Assembly (NCBI GenBank): GCA_020137815.1
Contig: CM035362.1
Location: forward strand, 248,001 to 312,000
Source: Hormiphora californensis
Taxonomy: Eukaryota > Animalia > Ctenophora
Direction of reading: 5' to 3'
DNA: 64,000 bases
Shown here: piece by piece, positions 39,082 to 54,451 of the stretch
Numbering within the stretch: the stretch's first letter is position 1
How the letters are laid out: each line of letters opens with the position of its first letter
Translations under genes and position numbers: made by a program
The notes under the pieces: generated by a model
The model's input: only the letters and a program-made list of their open reading frames with translations
Databases searched by the model: none
Told to the model about the DNA's origin: nothing

Positions 39082-39972
39082 AATGAGAGAGAACACGAGA
39101 GAGAGAGTATATATAATGTGTGAGTGTGTGTGTGTGTGAGTAGTGGGAAAGATCTGGACTCTATCCCTACCCGTGTTTTTTTACCTTTTAAGTTCGACAA
39201 TATATACATATTCCTCTCTCGATATAACTCTTGGTGTGGCCAACAACATGTGTGAGAGTGCCCCTAGCTTTCTCTCTTTATCGCTGACACATTGTGTACA
39301 TGTGTGTTCGTGTGTGTGTGTGTATCGCGTTGTTTTATCCCCTTATTTTACAAGGGGCCCCTGCACAGATATCACGTGTGACAATGTGTTCCCTTATATG
39401 GCGATATATCTGACACCTTATATGGCGATATATATCTGACATTGTAATACCATATTTGGGCAAGTGGAGAGAAGAATTGGGATGTAAAGAGTGGAGAGAA
39501 ACGTTACTGTTCTTTGTGTACCTATATTCACCTATTAAAATTCTGTGTTTCTGATATATTGACTCAATGAGAGGGAGAGAGGTCAAATCACGATCGATTC
39601 TGTCGAATACAGATTCGAGGTTGTAATGCCTCTCTCTCTTTCATTCCGGCTCCGATAAACCCCCACCACCTTTTTCTCCATCCCTCGTCCCTCCTTCTCC
39701 CCTCTTGGTTCTCCTCCCCTCCTCACCCCCCCCTTCTCCCCCTCATCTCCTCCCCTTCTCACTCCATCTCACCAGATTACGCATGGTAACCTCTGAAGAC
39801 TGAGCTGCAGATCCAGTAGGGGGAAAGAAAGGTCAACTACCATAAACATCCCTCCTAACAAGACTGATTACTGATTTACAACATCCAGCTGTAAGTTCAA
39901 GTTCCCCTCTATACATTTTACTCTGTAAGTTTCTTACATTTTGGCCTGTTTACTGAGGTCTCTACAATTATG

Positions 39973-40092
<120 letters not shown>

Positions 40093-41560
40093 GCTCATTC
40101 TGCCTGCAACTGCTGCAGCAGCTCTGTATGCATATTACATGTGTGCGTGATTTGTCCAATGTCCAATGTCCAGACGTTTGTAGACTGTATACACTCACTA
40201 CTGGCAGTAGCTACAGTAGTACTATGAGTTGCTGTAGATACTCTTTATCATATATAACGAAGTTGTAAGCGGAGAGGGTACCCCTTGAGCTCACTCTCTC
40301 TGGGGAGAGCTGGGACTTTTTAATGAACCCCAAATTGACTACACTCTCACCATGTCTACCCTTCACCACCAATTACAATGTTATGTTCTAACCTTCCTTT
40401 ACATTTGTAAAGAAGAGGCGCGCGAAACAGAGTCTAGCTAGGCACCAATTACAATCCTCTTTCAAGTTGTTGAGATACACAATTACAACTGTCAGCTCCT
40501 CCAATGTATTATCAAAGTTATCAGAGTTATCAGAGGATTTTAGGAAACAAAAGAAACTAAACACGTCTAGATCCTAGACGAGATAAACACGTCTAGACTC
40601 TGCCGTGTAGGCAGCTGTTACGGGTGCGAAGTGTGAACACTTGTGTCTGAAGCGTGCTAGATAAGATCCGGGGGGCGGGGGGGGGGGGGGGTGATAGATC
40701 CTAGTTAGACGTGTTGTGTTTCAGAGAAAACACGTGAAACTTTCACACTTGTTTTTGCTTGTAGGGCCTCACCCTCCCGGAAAATCAGTGTGAGAGTGAG
40801 CTAGAGAGAGAGAAAGAGAGAGCGAGCAAGAGAGAGATAATTATAACTTCCCTAAGGTGGGCTTGGTGTGACACTCACATGTAGTTTAGCAGGGGTGGGT
40901 GGTTTTTGCACGACAAGTGTGGCACACACACCGAGAGAGAGAGAAGAGTTGTTACTCAAAAAGAGAGAGAGAGTTTCTTAGTGACACACTGCCTTCCCAT
41001 TGAACATGCCCGAGCTCTATTTAGTATGCATGCCCCCAGCTAAGCGGTTACAACTGTGGGGGTTAACCCACTTTAACCCAGTTCGACACCTGTCACGATA
41101 ATTGAAGGAGCTATTTTAGTATCCCTTTCTTCCACTTTTTTCTATGTTTTTTACCCAAACAAGGATTCTCCCATCTCGAATTGAAATCTCATTGAAATCT
41201 CTTGGATCTTCTATTTGATCGATCTTTAAATGTTCCATTTCATTACTCAAAACACCATATATGGTATCATTATTCACCCGGGGCCCCCTGCTTCTGTCTG
41301 CTATCTGTAGCTGTCATCTCTCTTTCTTTGCTTTCCCTTCTTATAAAGTTGTACCTCTCTCAACAATATCTTACAAAATACTAGATATATCGACATATTA
41401 TTCGTTGATATTGGCTTTCTCGCGGCGTTATCTTATCATCTACTTCTATTTGGCAAGTCACTGGTTTAGTCGTTGTGATCTGTTTATCTTGCTCAGAGTT
41501 TTACAGAGTTTTATGATTTACAGAGTTTTACAGAGTTTTACAGAGTTTTACCATTTATAG

Positions 41561-41796
41561 AGTTTTTTACAGCAGTGCAGATATATATCTTCACAGTAGT
41601 ACTGTGACGCACGGATTACAGTAGAGACTACAGCTGTACTGGGAGCTGCAGGGAGAGAGATATGCTGATTTTTAGCGCGGGGCAGGACCCAAAAAACAGC
41701 ATGTCTCTCTCCTGCAGCTCCCAGCTGTACCTGTAGTCTCTACTGTAATCCGTGCGTCACAGTACTACTGTGGAGATATATCTGCTGCAAAAAACT
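41561..41796. repeat. Long imperfect inverted repeat (~236-bp hairpin)
   Basis: Arms of ~110 bp (..CACAGTAGTACTGTGACGCACGGATTACAGTAGAGACTACAG.. and its reverse complement) around a ~17-nt loop. Confidence 0.85.
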
Positions 41797-41898
41797 GTTG
41801 TTGCAGTCGGTCGGAAGAGCAGTTTCTCTGTCACTCTGATCTTATCTAGATGTATTTCAGAAACTTGTTGACAAACGATTCTATTCGGGTTTCAATAG

Positions 41899-41970
<72 letters not shown>

Positions 41971-43966
41971 GCTCTCTCTCTGTTTCATCTTGCCACTCAT
42001 CACCGGTACGATATCTCCTCTTCTACACCAGTGTTGTGTGTCTGATACCACGTCCCTACCACGTACCATAACAGATCGTGTATCCAATATCTCTCGTCTC
42101 TTGTATCTTGTAATAACTCCCTTGTATCAAATATCCCTTGTATCCAATATCTCTATCGCGTGTGTCTCGTATATCCAGTTCTCGTGTTATATTCCGTTAC
42201 GTAACGGCCACACATATCTCTCGGAAACCAGCCTATTATTGCACGATTCAGGTTACACTAGATATCACGTGATACGTCACGTGACTCCTGAGGGGGGTTT
42301 CTGTTACACTCAATTATTGAGGGGGTGAGCTGATCACGTGATATATGTGTCACGTGACATGTGAGTAGTAGCCCACATAATAAGGTGTGTGGGCTACTCA
42401 TTACCACTGTTCACCCTCCTCTGCAGCACCATCTCTCTCTCTAGTTAGTAGTGTGTGTGTAGCACCCTCAAGGCGCTTTGCAGTGTGGTGCATGTGGCGT
42501 GTAATATTCAGTACATGTGTAGGAGGGCCCCATGCCTCAATTGTTCTAACTTTAGAACTGTCTTGCGGGCCCGCCGATCCTGTTTTGATCTCGCCAGATA
42601 GTTTTAGAAGTCGTAGTCGGAAACTGCCCCCCTCCTGTTATAGCAGCAGAGGTATCGTCATATCAATTAGCAATGTTGTGGTGCTTTTGGTCACCTGATA
42701 TCTCATTCGATCATTGAGCAATTCATTCTGCTTCTTTTGTATACCGTTCCTCATATTGTATCTCTCTTTCTCATTCGCAGTCGTCTTCATCTATCAATTT
42801 ATCCCTTTTGCTTTCTTCCTCTCTACACCTCTCAATCTCATACTACCTCTCATGGCATCCCTCTATCTATATCCCTCTATTTCTCTCTCTCGCTATCTCT
42901 CCCCTATCCTTTCTATCCATCTCGCTCTATCTTTCCCTTTGCCTCTATCTTTCTCTGCCTCTCACTCTATCTATCTCTCATTCTATATCTCTCCTTACAT
43001 CTCTCTACTTATCCTTCATCACTCTAGATTGTATTGCATTGTCCATGCGCAGCTTTTCGTCCGATCAACTACCGTCACTACAATCCTTTTATATACTGCC
43101 GTTTTATCCCCCCTCCATTCTCTCTCCATTCTCTCTCTTCATTCTCTCTTCATTCTCTCTCCATTCTCACTCCATTCTCTCTCCATTCTCACTCCATTCT
43201 CTCTCCATTCTCTCTCCATTCTCTCTCCATTCTCTCTCCATTCTCTCTCCATTCTCTCTCCATTCTCTCTCTCAATTCTTAATATTTCTGAGTAAATGAG
43301 ACTATTCTCCTGTGTTCTTGTTTTCACGGGGGTGAGAATTTGGCGATTCGCCCAAGCTTAGTCTAAAGCAGAGAATATTGTGTCCTTATTTGGTCTGAAT
43401 AAAATGGCAGTTTAGCAAGACTCCGAGGATGAGATGGATAGAGTGAGATTACCCCCCCTTCTCTTGAATCAATCCGGCTCAATTTCTCATGTATAATATC
43501 GGCAAGGTCGATTACTGATTAGCTGGTGGCTTTGTTCGACTCCCTCCACTTGAATTGTACCCAGAATTGCCATTAAAGTGGACTCTTTGTGATGTTCGTA
43601 GAACAAATGAAATCGCGACGAGTTTTGATATTCGTGTGATGCAAAGGGCTAATGAGCTTCGTTTCACTTACTAAAATATTAGTCAACTACCCCCTTATGT
43701 ATTAATAAGGGGATTTTAGTATATTTTTCAGCAAAATTTGTAACAAGCTAATTTCTTCACCAGTAGGTCCAATTGTGTAATTAGGTCCAATACATGTGAT
43801 TATAGATTAGCTCACCCCAAAACTTTTCCCCGGTAAAATGTTAAAATGAATCGATAGTTCATGTTTGTTGTGGCATTGGGTGACAGTGTAAATCACGAGT
43901 GCGGTGACAGCTAGTTGGGAGGGTGATATTTTCCATCTTCTACACCAGTTACCTTCTTTCTCTTAC

Positions 43967-44048
<82 letters not shown>

Positions 44049-44218
44049 TTTCAGCGTGTATACACATCCTGGTGTTCACTCCGAGTAAATGACAGAGAGA
44101 GAGAGAGAGAGAGAAGGGGGTGGGGGGAGAAGGAGAGTGAGAGAGAGAAACCGTGGGCCCGATTAAATTGGTTGTGGTAGAGAGACCCTTTGTGTGCTTA
44201 GTGACTACATTTATAACC

Positions 44219-44278
<60 letters not shown>

Positions 44279-44485
44279 CTCTCTCTCCTCTCTTTCTCTC
44301 TCTCTGCCTTGTTTCCTCATCACGCCCTCACTATATCGACCGTTATTTTACCAGTCACATCTCAACAAGAGTATCCTACTACCCGTTCTGTTTGATTTAC
44401 TCCCCTATTATTCTTTTCAAACCTGATATTGTACGTGTATCTCTCTATCTTTCTCTCTCTCTATCTCTCTCTCTTCCCCTCTCTC

Positions 44486-44530
<45 letters not shown>

Positions 44531-45064
44531 ATCTCTATCTTTCTCTCTCTTACTTCCGACCTCACTTCTACCCACTCTTGAAATTGTATACATCGTGTCT
44601 TGTTACAAAACGTGGCATTTTTCATATTGCTGCCGTGCTGAGATAGGGACATATTCTATTCGTTTTATCTGGTGATAAAATAACCTCATTTATATAAAAT
44701 AGGTTTTTGTTGGCGGAGAGGAGACACGAATGCATGCACAGATTTTGTCATCATTTCATTGTTTCTCGTGTGATCAGGCTCTGATCAAATATCCTGAAAC
44801 CGTATCATCTATTGTATCTGTCTTATGTATGCTAGCTCTTACTTCTATATTAACATGTACTACAACTGTTTACTGTGAACATTATATTTTCCTTTCTGGG
44901 TCATGCCTTCACCTTTATTTATATACACTGCCCTTCCGTTTCAGGCTAGCCCGGCCCCGTCTCTCTCTCTGTAACGGCTATAATAGTTGAGTGTGTAGAA
45001 TCGTATGCAGCCCCTCCCTTGGCCCCCTTCTGTGTGTTTGTATATCCGCGTGTCTTGTCTTCTA

Positions 45065-45100
<36 letters not shown>

Positions 45101-45101
45101 T

Positions 45102-45159
<58 letters not shown>

Positions 45160-46191
45160 TCTCTCTAATTCCTACGTAGTGACATCATATGCATCTCAAC
45201 TCCCCGTTGTCGACACCAGACCCAGCCACCTCATTTGGTAATAACTGCCGGTCCCCCTAATTATGTGGCCAATTAAGTGCGTCCCTAATTAGGGGGGCAG
45301 TAATTAGGGGTCCTCTTACCCTATGTGCCCACGTATCAACACCAACTCGTATCTCCCATCCACACTACATAAACACTGCCAGTTAGTAGTCACTGCATGT
45401 GTTCAGTGTTCTTCAGTTCTCTACTCCATGTGTTCTTCAGTTCTCTATTGCATGTGTTCAGTTTCTCAGTTCCCTATTCCACTGCATGTGTTCAGTTCTC
45501 TATTCCATTGCATGTGTTCAGTTCTCTATTCCACCTCAGTCCTCTCACGTTTGGTACCATTGCCACCTGTTCACTTGAAGTCCATTATACTCCCTCTGCT
45601 GGGAGGGGTTCTACTCATCTCGTTTGATGAGTTGACACTGGGCCCGTATATCCCCTACTACTATTATATACCAGCACGCTATATTCGTGACTACTCGACT
45701 ACTTATCCCCCCTTTCTCTGACAGGGAGATTGAAAGTGCACTTCTTCTTTCTAATACACCTGCTACAATATTGTATAACCTCCTTCCCTGCAGGTCTCGT
45801 TCTGTCGATTGCTGTTCTCCTAGATCACGTATTGGCTACTGCTGCACTCTGCAGTCTGTAGAACTAGAAGAACCGACTGAACTGAAACTTTTCCTATTTA
45901 CCCCCTATAAATTGTAATTTTCCATGCAAAGTAGCTAATTATCCTCTCTCCACTCAACCTGTCATTTCTCTTCCTCACTTTCTGTTTCTCATCCTGTCTA
46001 ACTTCCTTCTGCTTTTCTCCGTCTCCCTCTTCTCCCTCTCTCTCTCTTTCCAAGTTCCCCTCTCTGCTTTCCACCCTCTCTATCAAAGTCCCCATCTCTC
46101 TCTCCGAATCCCCTCTCTTTCTCTCTGAGATGCCGTGGCATCGTGGTGGGTATGCTAAAACTCATTGACGTCATCAAGCAGAGAACAAGCT

Positions 46192-46331
<140 letters not shown>

Positions 46332-46817
46332 CTATCAAAACTCTGTTCATCACTATCATTTCCACCCTCCCATTTAATAAGTTCTCAATATCTCTCAGAT
46401 CTAATATTTATCGGTTAATATGTTGTGTCTTCTGGTCGTCATTTCCACTATTTAATATCGGTTTGTTGTCTCTTTTATTCATTTCACATATACACACAGG
46501 TATTATACCATGTGTGCAGTTTACCACGTGCCATTACTATTACCGCACACATAATATGTGTGTGTGTGTGTGATGGCATCAAAACTGTTGTTATTGCGGC
46601 CTGCCTTCCCAGTATAATATTCCTTGAAAAACTTGTGCCCTGGATTACGGGGAAATGTGTGTTTGGGGCAATCCAAAGTGTTCTCAGTATTTTGCAATAA
46701 TTTTAGTTGTATCTCAGTATTTGCAATAAGTTGTTTTTTACACTGCAGCTTTGTATATAACACATTCCTCTAACCTGACTCCTCTCTCCTTTCTAGCTTC
46801 CAGATATATATCCCGAC

Positions 46818-49800
46818 ATGTATACCAGCGTTGAACCCTTCACAACTCCCATCATATGCGCCAAGATCCACTGCATGGCCTGGTTACCCGATGCTGACGG
46901 TGGGGGCCTTCTCGCAACAGGTAATTATACCATATTTGGTCATGTTTCCGATCCATATTTGGTCATAATGGGTTTACTGGTTTTCAGAAGTAGGAGCCTC
47001 GTTTGCCACACATTGTTTTTCTTACCTAATTGGGTGGTGTTATTCTTTCAACTAATTGACATCCCCCTAATTAGTAACGCAAATACGCGGTTTCAATTAC
47101 ACTTTACTTCCAATCATCACGTACTAATCACGTGACCACACCACATTTCCCTACGTCATTACCCTGGGTAACAAATATACCACACTCTCTTTATCCCCCT
47201 TCTCTCCATGCTCTAACTCCCCCTCTCTCCTTCATCCCCCTCTCCATTTTCTAACCCCCATTCTTCTCCTCTCCATGTTCTAAACCCCTTCTCTCCCTCT
47301 CCAATCTCCATGTTCTAACCCCTCTCTCTCCTTCTAATCCCCTTCTCTCCCCTTCTCCATTTTCTAAACCCCCCTTCTTCCCCTCTCCATGTTCTAAACC
47401 CCTCTTCTCCAGGAAACACCAGCTCAGCAGTTTCAGTTGCGATTGTGAACGAGTCAGAGAAGAAGGGAAGCGCTAATGCACCCTCCAACTCCTACAAAGT
47501 GTGCGTTCTGAAACGTGAGTATTATTATGTGTTGCTATGAAGGGTTTGGGAGGTAAATCTACATTGGGGCAAAGTGAGGCTGCTTTTTACACTTTCACTA
47601 TCCAGTTTCAGTACTACATTCCACACCACCCACATGACGTCACAGTTTACACAGATCACCAATCATCTTCATTCACAAAGTCTCATCGTGAGCCCTTATT
47701 ACACCATACCAGCATGTATTCTCAAAAGTTGGTTGTTAGTCACACCATACTAAACACAACTCCAGTATTCCTATCTCTAACTCTCCCTCTTCCCTCCCCT
47801 CAGCGGTACTCAGTTCCATCTCCCACCCTATCCGACCCCAACTGAAGGACGTCACCCACGTGTCTTGGAGCAGGAAGTACCAGTTCCTAGCTAGTTGCCA
47901 TGGTTACAACCATGTCCTTATTTGGGATCGTCATGGTAACCGGGTTACCAACAAACCAGTCGTTATTATCAGGTTAGTTACATCTAAACACTTTTTAAAG
48001 TCATGGTTCGACTGTACAAGCTTGCCACACAGAAAGCAGTGAATTTCTTGATTCTTATACCCAGTTACAACCCTTTCTCTAACACCCCACCCCCTCTCCA
48101 GAGATGAGGTAGAGGACAGTACCAGGGTAGTGCCAGCCTGTACAGTCAGGTGGGCTAACACCCGACCCACCCTACTCATCACCTATGAGGATGGTGTCAT
48201 GAAGTTGGTCAAGGTGACTAGTGAGACGAACAGCAGTCACATCAGTGTGGACAACATCAGCTTCTCGGTTAGTCGTTACTCGGTAAGAGATAGAGAGAAG
48301 GAGAGATAGAAAGATAGAGGTTGAGAGAGAGGGAACAGGAGAAAATGGTTAAATCGTCATTGTGGAGCGGGAATAGGGATAATTGGCGATTGAGAGCCTG
48401 AGAGTGAGAAAGGAAAGGTTTGCGTGAGAAGAACCCCTAAGTGCTAAAACCCTCCTCTCCCCTTTCTAACACCACCCCCTCCCCTTTCTAACACCCTCTC
48501 CCCTTTCTAACACCTCCTCCCCTTACTAACACCCTCCTCCCCTCCCCAGGATGCCTACTACAGCAGCCACCAGGAACTACAGCGAGATGACACAGAGATG
48601 AGGGAGGAGATCACACTGCGTAGTAGCTGCTGGTCACATGATGACCGAGTCGTGTTTAGTGCTGCAGAGAATTGTACAGAGCTGGCTGTTACTAACGTTG
48701 CCGAGAGGAGACTGGTAGCTAAGATCCCCATTGATATTCGAGTTGAGGTTAGTAGTAGCTGGATATAATGTGCCCTTTCTGCTATTTTCTCAAACCCAAT
48801 CCCACACTTTTCCAACCCGAATCTAACCCCCTCTCTCTCCCCATCTCTAACCCCATATTTCTCCCATCAGGAACTATTCTCCTGGTATTCCTGCGATCGA
48901 GGTCAACTAATATACGCCCACCACCCATGCTCCGCAGTCACCATACTAACAGTCAACCAGAAATACGAGAAAATGGAGGAAAAGCTCGTCCTGACTCCGT
49001 TCAGTATTGGTACAGCCAAGGTAGCAGTGAGAGACACGGATGGTTTGATGGCTATTGGAGGGCTGGTTAATAGCGATGCTGCGTACAGTGTTCGAGTATT
49101 TCATCATAGTGGATCACTCATGAAGAGAGTGCCCACTCCCTGTGATAAGGTATGTTGAATTGACTCTCTCCAACGATATGCAGTAGTTCAAATAGTTCAT
49201 AGGATCTTTACCTTACATTAACCCCGATTTAAACCCGAATCTAACCCCCCCCCCCCCACGTGACTAACTAACACCATATATGGGCAATACGTGACTATCT
49301 AACACCCCCTCCCCCTCCCCAGCCGATAACAGCTCTCTGTTGGGTTGGCCGATCCTCCCTCTCCGTCGCTACCAAGAACCACGTGCATAACATCACCGTC
49401 AGCAAAACCATCCCTACCCTGGAGTACCTCTCTAGTTTGTGTGTACCTAAGGGACAAAAGAGGTCCACGGTGCCACTACTACCCCCGGATATGAGAGTGA
49501 ACTTTGATCTGACCAGGAGGACACTTCCGGTTAGTGTGGCAACTTTTTTTAACACCCTGTAACAGAGAAATTTAACTTGCTAACCATCACTACCAACAAA
49601 ATGTTAGATTATGGGATTATTTTAACTCAACAACCGCAACTAACGCCCCTCCCCCTCCCTCAGAAAAACACACCACGAGTATTCAGTGACACTGAGAGCG
49701 CTAGTCAGTGCACATTACGAGTTGTAAAAGGATCGAACTCTCTCCACGAAGCCCAGTTCATGGTAGCAGAGGTGGGAGGTGAGGCAGTGGCAATCCGGGC

Positions 49801-50982
49801 TATCAAACAGACCGCCCTCATGTCCCTTGGTGTCCACTACGAGATCTTGTTGAGGAACGATTGTCTTAGGACTGATGAGGAACAGTTGGCGCTGATCAAC
49901 CGACAAAATTGTCTTGGTAGGTGCAGTAATTCCCTCTATATTTAGCTATGACATCAAATAGTTGAATTGTTCAGTGGTATCATAGCATCTCAATCTTTAT
50001 GGCCCAATTCTACTAACTAACTAACTACAATGATTACCTCTTGTTTCTTTCTCCACTAACAAATAACTTGGCTCCACTATCGTCTAACTAACCCTCTCTT
50101 CTCTTCTGTTTCCAGGCACACCCCGAATCCTAAACTGCTCCTACAGTAAGAACTTCACCCTCGCCCTCCGAATGTCTCACAAATCCCCCCTCTGTCGGGG
50201 TACAACCCAAATCAGCAGTCTAGGAAACAAGTCCACCCTGTTTTATGAGCTGTACTATTCAGAGAAAAGAAGCGTGCTCACTGTGCACTTGTATAATAGT
50301 GCCTCTGGTAAGTTCTTAGTCTGATTCTCTCAGCTCTCTCCCTGTCTTAGTCGACCCTTTCTCTGACTCTCTCCCCTGTCTTTACGATTACTTTGTTCCA
50401 ATCCCCAGTCTGATCACCCTATTCTCTTACCCCAGTCTACCCCTTTCCTCAATTTTCTAACCCTACACCACCTTACCCCCCCCCCCCCAATTCTCTAACC
50501 CTTCCCACCTCTTACCCCAGTCTACCACCCAAATTCTCTAACCATACCTAATCTTACCCCAGTCTACCTCCCCAATACTCTAACCCTCCCCATCTTACCC
50601 CAGTCTACTACCTAGGCGAACCCCACGAAGCCCCCTATGTGGAAGCGTCAGGAACTGTTATCAAGTCTACCGAGGAGGAGATTGCTTCTAACATCGTACT
50701 GCATCACGCTGGAAAGGAGGTAAATAATTTTTGGTTTGGGTTTGTTGAGTATTTAAAGGGGTGATTCGGTGGCAAGAAAACAATATGTTTTGTGAGAAAT
50801 AATTCTAAATCCCCCCCCCCCCCCCCGGTAAATTGTTTTAACTAACCTTTCCCTTTCTCGCTCAGGTGTTTCAGCTGCTGAAGTGGCAGAGGGGTAGCTA
50901 CAGTGTCCGATACAAGTCCCCTTTCTCTATGTGCGCTGCTTTCTGTACCGCTGTCAATTGTATCTCCAGAAAACTCATCTGA
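46818..50982 (+). CDS. TULP4: Tubby-related protein 4 (WD40 + SOCS box + Tubby-like C-terminus), compact ~630 aa, ~11 coding exons
   Basis: N-terminus MYTSVE..IHCMAW..LLATGN, VSWSRKYQFLASC..VLIW, LLITYEDG, PITALCW, SOCS box IPTLEYLSS..LLPPDMR, and C-terminus VFQLLK..YSVRYKSPFSMCAAFCTAVNCISRKLI* all follow the TULP4 domain order. Exons splice in frame at GT-AG. Confidence 0.85.
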
Positions 50983-53900
50983 GAAACTACGTTACCATGG
51001 ATACCGTGATTCTGCCCCCGTTACCATGGATACCGCGATTCTGCCCCCGTTACCTTGGATACCGCGAGTCTGACTCCGTTACCTTGGATACCGTTACCTT
51101 GGAAACAATGTTGTGATGATAGAGAGACACTTCCCCGGACTGCGAATTCAGAACAATTTGATGAGACACAGTTTTTATTGTTGAAGAGTGAGAGTTAATT
51201 GTTGGCTGGTGCCACAATATTAAGCTGGAAGGTTTGAACAAAATGTGACTATATATTGGTTTTGTTATGGTATGGGTTCAGATATATAGATATTTAGACA
51301 TCAAATCAGACTGTCTGTCCGTTTGTTTGTTTGTGTGTGTGGGAGCGTGTTTTGACTAATTGTGACCGTTTACAGGGTTACGATCTTTTGATCTCCAAAA
51401 GTACATGTAATAACTCTACCGTTTGACTGTTTGTGTTCTACTTCTATTGTTTAAGAATGAGACAGAGAATTGAGTGAGTGATAGTGAGACCTGAGAAAGA
51501 AAAGAGAGATCTTTTGGTTGTATACTCAACTGTTTTATTGACCCCTGAATTGTTATACATCAAAAATAAACTTGTTTTGAACTTTGTTCCGAGGGGAGGT
51601 GGTGTTTGGCTGGTTTGGTGGTGTTTGGCTGGTTTGGTTACAATTAAGGACCAGGATCTCGTCAACGTCAATTTAGAAATGCGCGGAATATTTTAGCGCG
51701 TCACCTGAGCCGCGCATTAAAAACAGGTGTAAAAAACTAAAAATGATTTTGACAGATTTCAAAATTTCCAGGAAATTTCTTCCGAAGAACTCCTGCGGTT
51801 TTCTCACTCCACTGACGGGGAAGTATACCTTCCGGTATACACGCAGTCAGCCGCAGTACCACTGTGAGTCATTTGGAGAATGAATAACCCTCACTGCTTA
51901 GTGATTAGATCATCATGCTCCATTGAACTTCCTACTTCGCTCGAGGGGGCAGCTCAGCTTTAGTCTCCCTGCTGGTAACCTGATATTTTCCTATCGAATC
52001 AGCTCCCTCAGCTGCCGCCCTCGCGTACATTTCTCTTTGTGTTAGCTCTCTCTGATCCGGTTGTGTAACTCTTGTCTCATGTAGCTCCAGCTGGTGAATA
52101 TTAATCCCTCCAATGGGAGGGAGGTAACTGGGGTTACAATAACCAATCAGAGGTTTTCTAAGTCTACACGTGATCTGTGAACCGGGATTTCGTGTGTTCA
52201 TTCTCTCCTCCCTCTTTCTCCTCTCTCTCCTTTCTCAGCTGTGTTTTTGAATGTTTGGCTGTGACGTCATTCAGCTAAACTTAAAAGTAGTTTCAACTTT
52301 CATTTAGAGGTCGCCAACAGTTTACTAGATATCGCGATTCTGTTTGAGTTGCATATTGTTATCATTGTTTGGAGCCCGAAGGCGAATTCAAAGTTCGAAT
52401 TAGCCCAGCCTAGACCTTTTATAATATCACCCTACACAGTCTATAACACTCACACCCATTGTCCAATGCGTGATTGGTGCCTCAATTCTACTGCAGTCAA
52501 ACTATACCACTGTACACTCTTGTAGTCTTGTCCACTACACCCTTGTTAGTTGTTGAGTTGGACTCTCTCAACAACTACTGCATCCCTCCTTTCCATTCAT
52601 TACACGCATATCATCACGGGTGTCTCGAGCCAGCTCCTTTCTATTGTTCAGGTTCCCTAGCAGCTCCCACACTATAGTGTGTAGTTAGATACACAGTTCT
52701 CTCTGGTGTTGTACTCTTCTTTTATTTTTTGACCATTTGCGAAAGTTAGATCAGAAGAATGATCAGCAGTTTCCTTGGTCATCAGGCGTCAGGCTGACAA
52801 CATTACGACAGTAGTCAGTACTCTAAGTTCTAACCTTTCCTTTCCCTTTTATTTATTTCTCATGGCTGATATGATGGGGGTGGCAGGTGGAGTTGTTCCT
52901 TACCAGATATATCATGTTCCCCTCTCTCTAACTATAAAGCTGCAGCAGGTGGGCTACACTCCTAATCATTCGTTCCTATGATGGTAGCTCCCTTGTGATG
53001 GTAGCTCTTTCCCTTGTGTTCCGTGTTATATCGTGTGCAGCACGTCATTCCTCTCCATTAGATGTCCTGGCAAGGGTCGGTAGCCTATTTTACCACTTCA
53101 CGCCACTGCCCCCACACTAAAAGGGTAGTGTTGGTGTTACCCTAGTCTAGCCCTGTTACCTCTGCCAAATAGTGCAATTGGGGGGTTGCCCCACATCCGT
53201 GTCATTTCGTGTAGAAAATAGATTCCCAAATAAAATTCCATTTTTTGGCTGGGTAAATGAATGTGTCGATGAATGATTGAAATATGAGTTATATTTTCTC
53301 TCAGGCAGTCTGTAATAATTCCCGGCAGGAAGAAAGAAGAATAAAGAAGCTAGCCCCCTCCATTCTTTCAATATCTGCTTCCTTTTTATCCATGCTATGT
53401 TATGCAGAATAGGTATAGTAGTTCTCTCTCGGGAGAAGGAGTTTGAATATGTGTGTGTATGTTGCTTGCCATAAAATGTCGCCTCGTTCAATGATATAGA
53501 GACACTGCTTGACTCGATCATATCAAAGAGAGGGATATACTTTAGGTTTTTCTGATCTAAAATGTTGTGTGTACAACTGTGCCTCCCCAGACATCTTCTT
53601 GGATACAGTATCAGAGTGGTCTTTGCTGTTGAGTATTTGCTACCATAATTATAAGTATTTTGCTAAGTCTGTGTGATAGTCTTCTCCTTTTTTTCTTCCT
53701 TGTGTGCCAGGTTATAAAACCTACCGCGACTGTCGTCAAGGTGATGATATAGTGGCCGACATAACACTCGTGAGTGCTCGTGAGTGATCTGTGATTGTCT
53801 GTGCATTGAGGAGAGCTACACGTTTTAGGATTGCTTTTAGCAACTTAGTGTTACAATATCATTTTTGTAACCGATCAATAATGAAAGCATTTGTATTGAT

Positions 53901-54451
53901 TGCCCCTTGTAATGTTAGGGGTACCATTGGTAACTGTAATCGGTAACCTGCGTTGTAGCTAGGTAGGTACGTGAGAAAAACGTTCATTTTTTCCCTGAAG
54001 TGGTGTACCAAGCTCAGCTAGTTAAGAATATTCTCAAAGAGATGTGGTAGATCGTGAAAAATTTAAACTTACAGTAAGAAACTTAATGGGAATTTTATTT
54101 TTAATTCGTTTAGCTTCCCTTTCCCCTATTTTTACCTTGACATTCTTCTCTTATCGTTTTGGGGTCAACAAATTATCGTATCTTACTGCCCCCAGGAAGA
54201 TCAGTTTTGTTTGGTCTGATAATACCAAGAAATCATGCAGGGGGGGGGGGGCACATGATCAGTCCTCCAAATTAATGAGAAAGCACCTTTATGTATCTGA
54301 TCCTGCCTCTCTCTTTATTCATTCCATCCATTCCCCATCTCCTCCCCATCATCCCTGCTCAGTGCTCACCTCTCTTTTGTCATTTTCTCTCAGACTTTTT
54401 CCAGGCAAGCTCAACCCTACCACGAGACGTAACTCATTATTATTTTCTAGC

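Noticed and set aside
51932-52201. 89-aa minus-strand ORF near a CpG-rich patch
   Set aside because: No recognisable domain or convincing exon chain; the region looks more like promoter or 5' UTR sequence.
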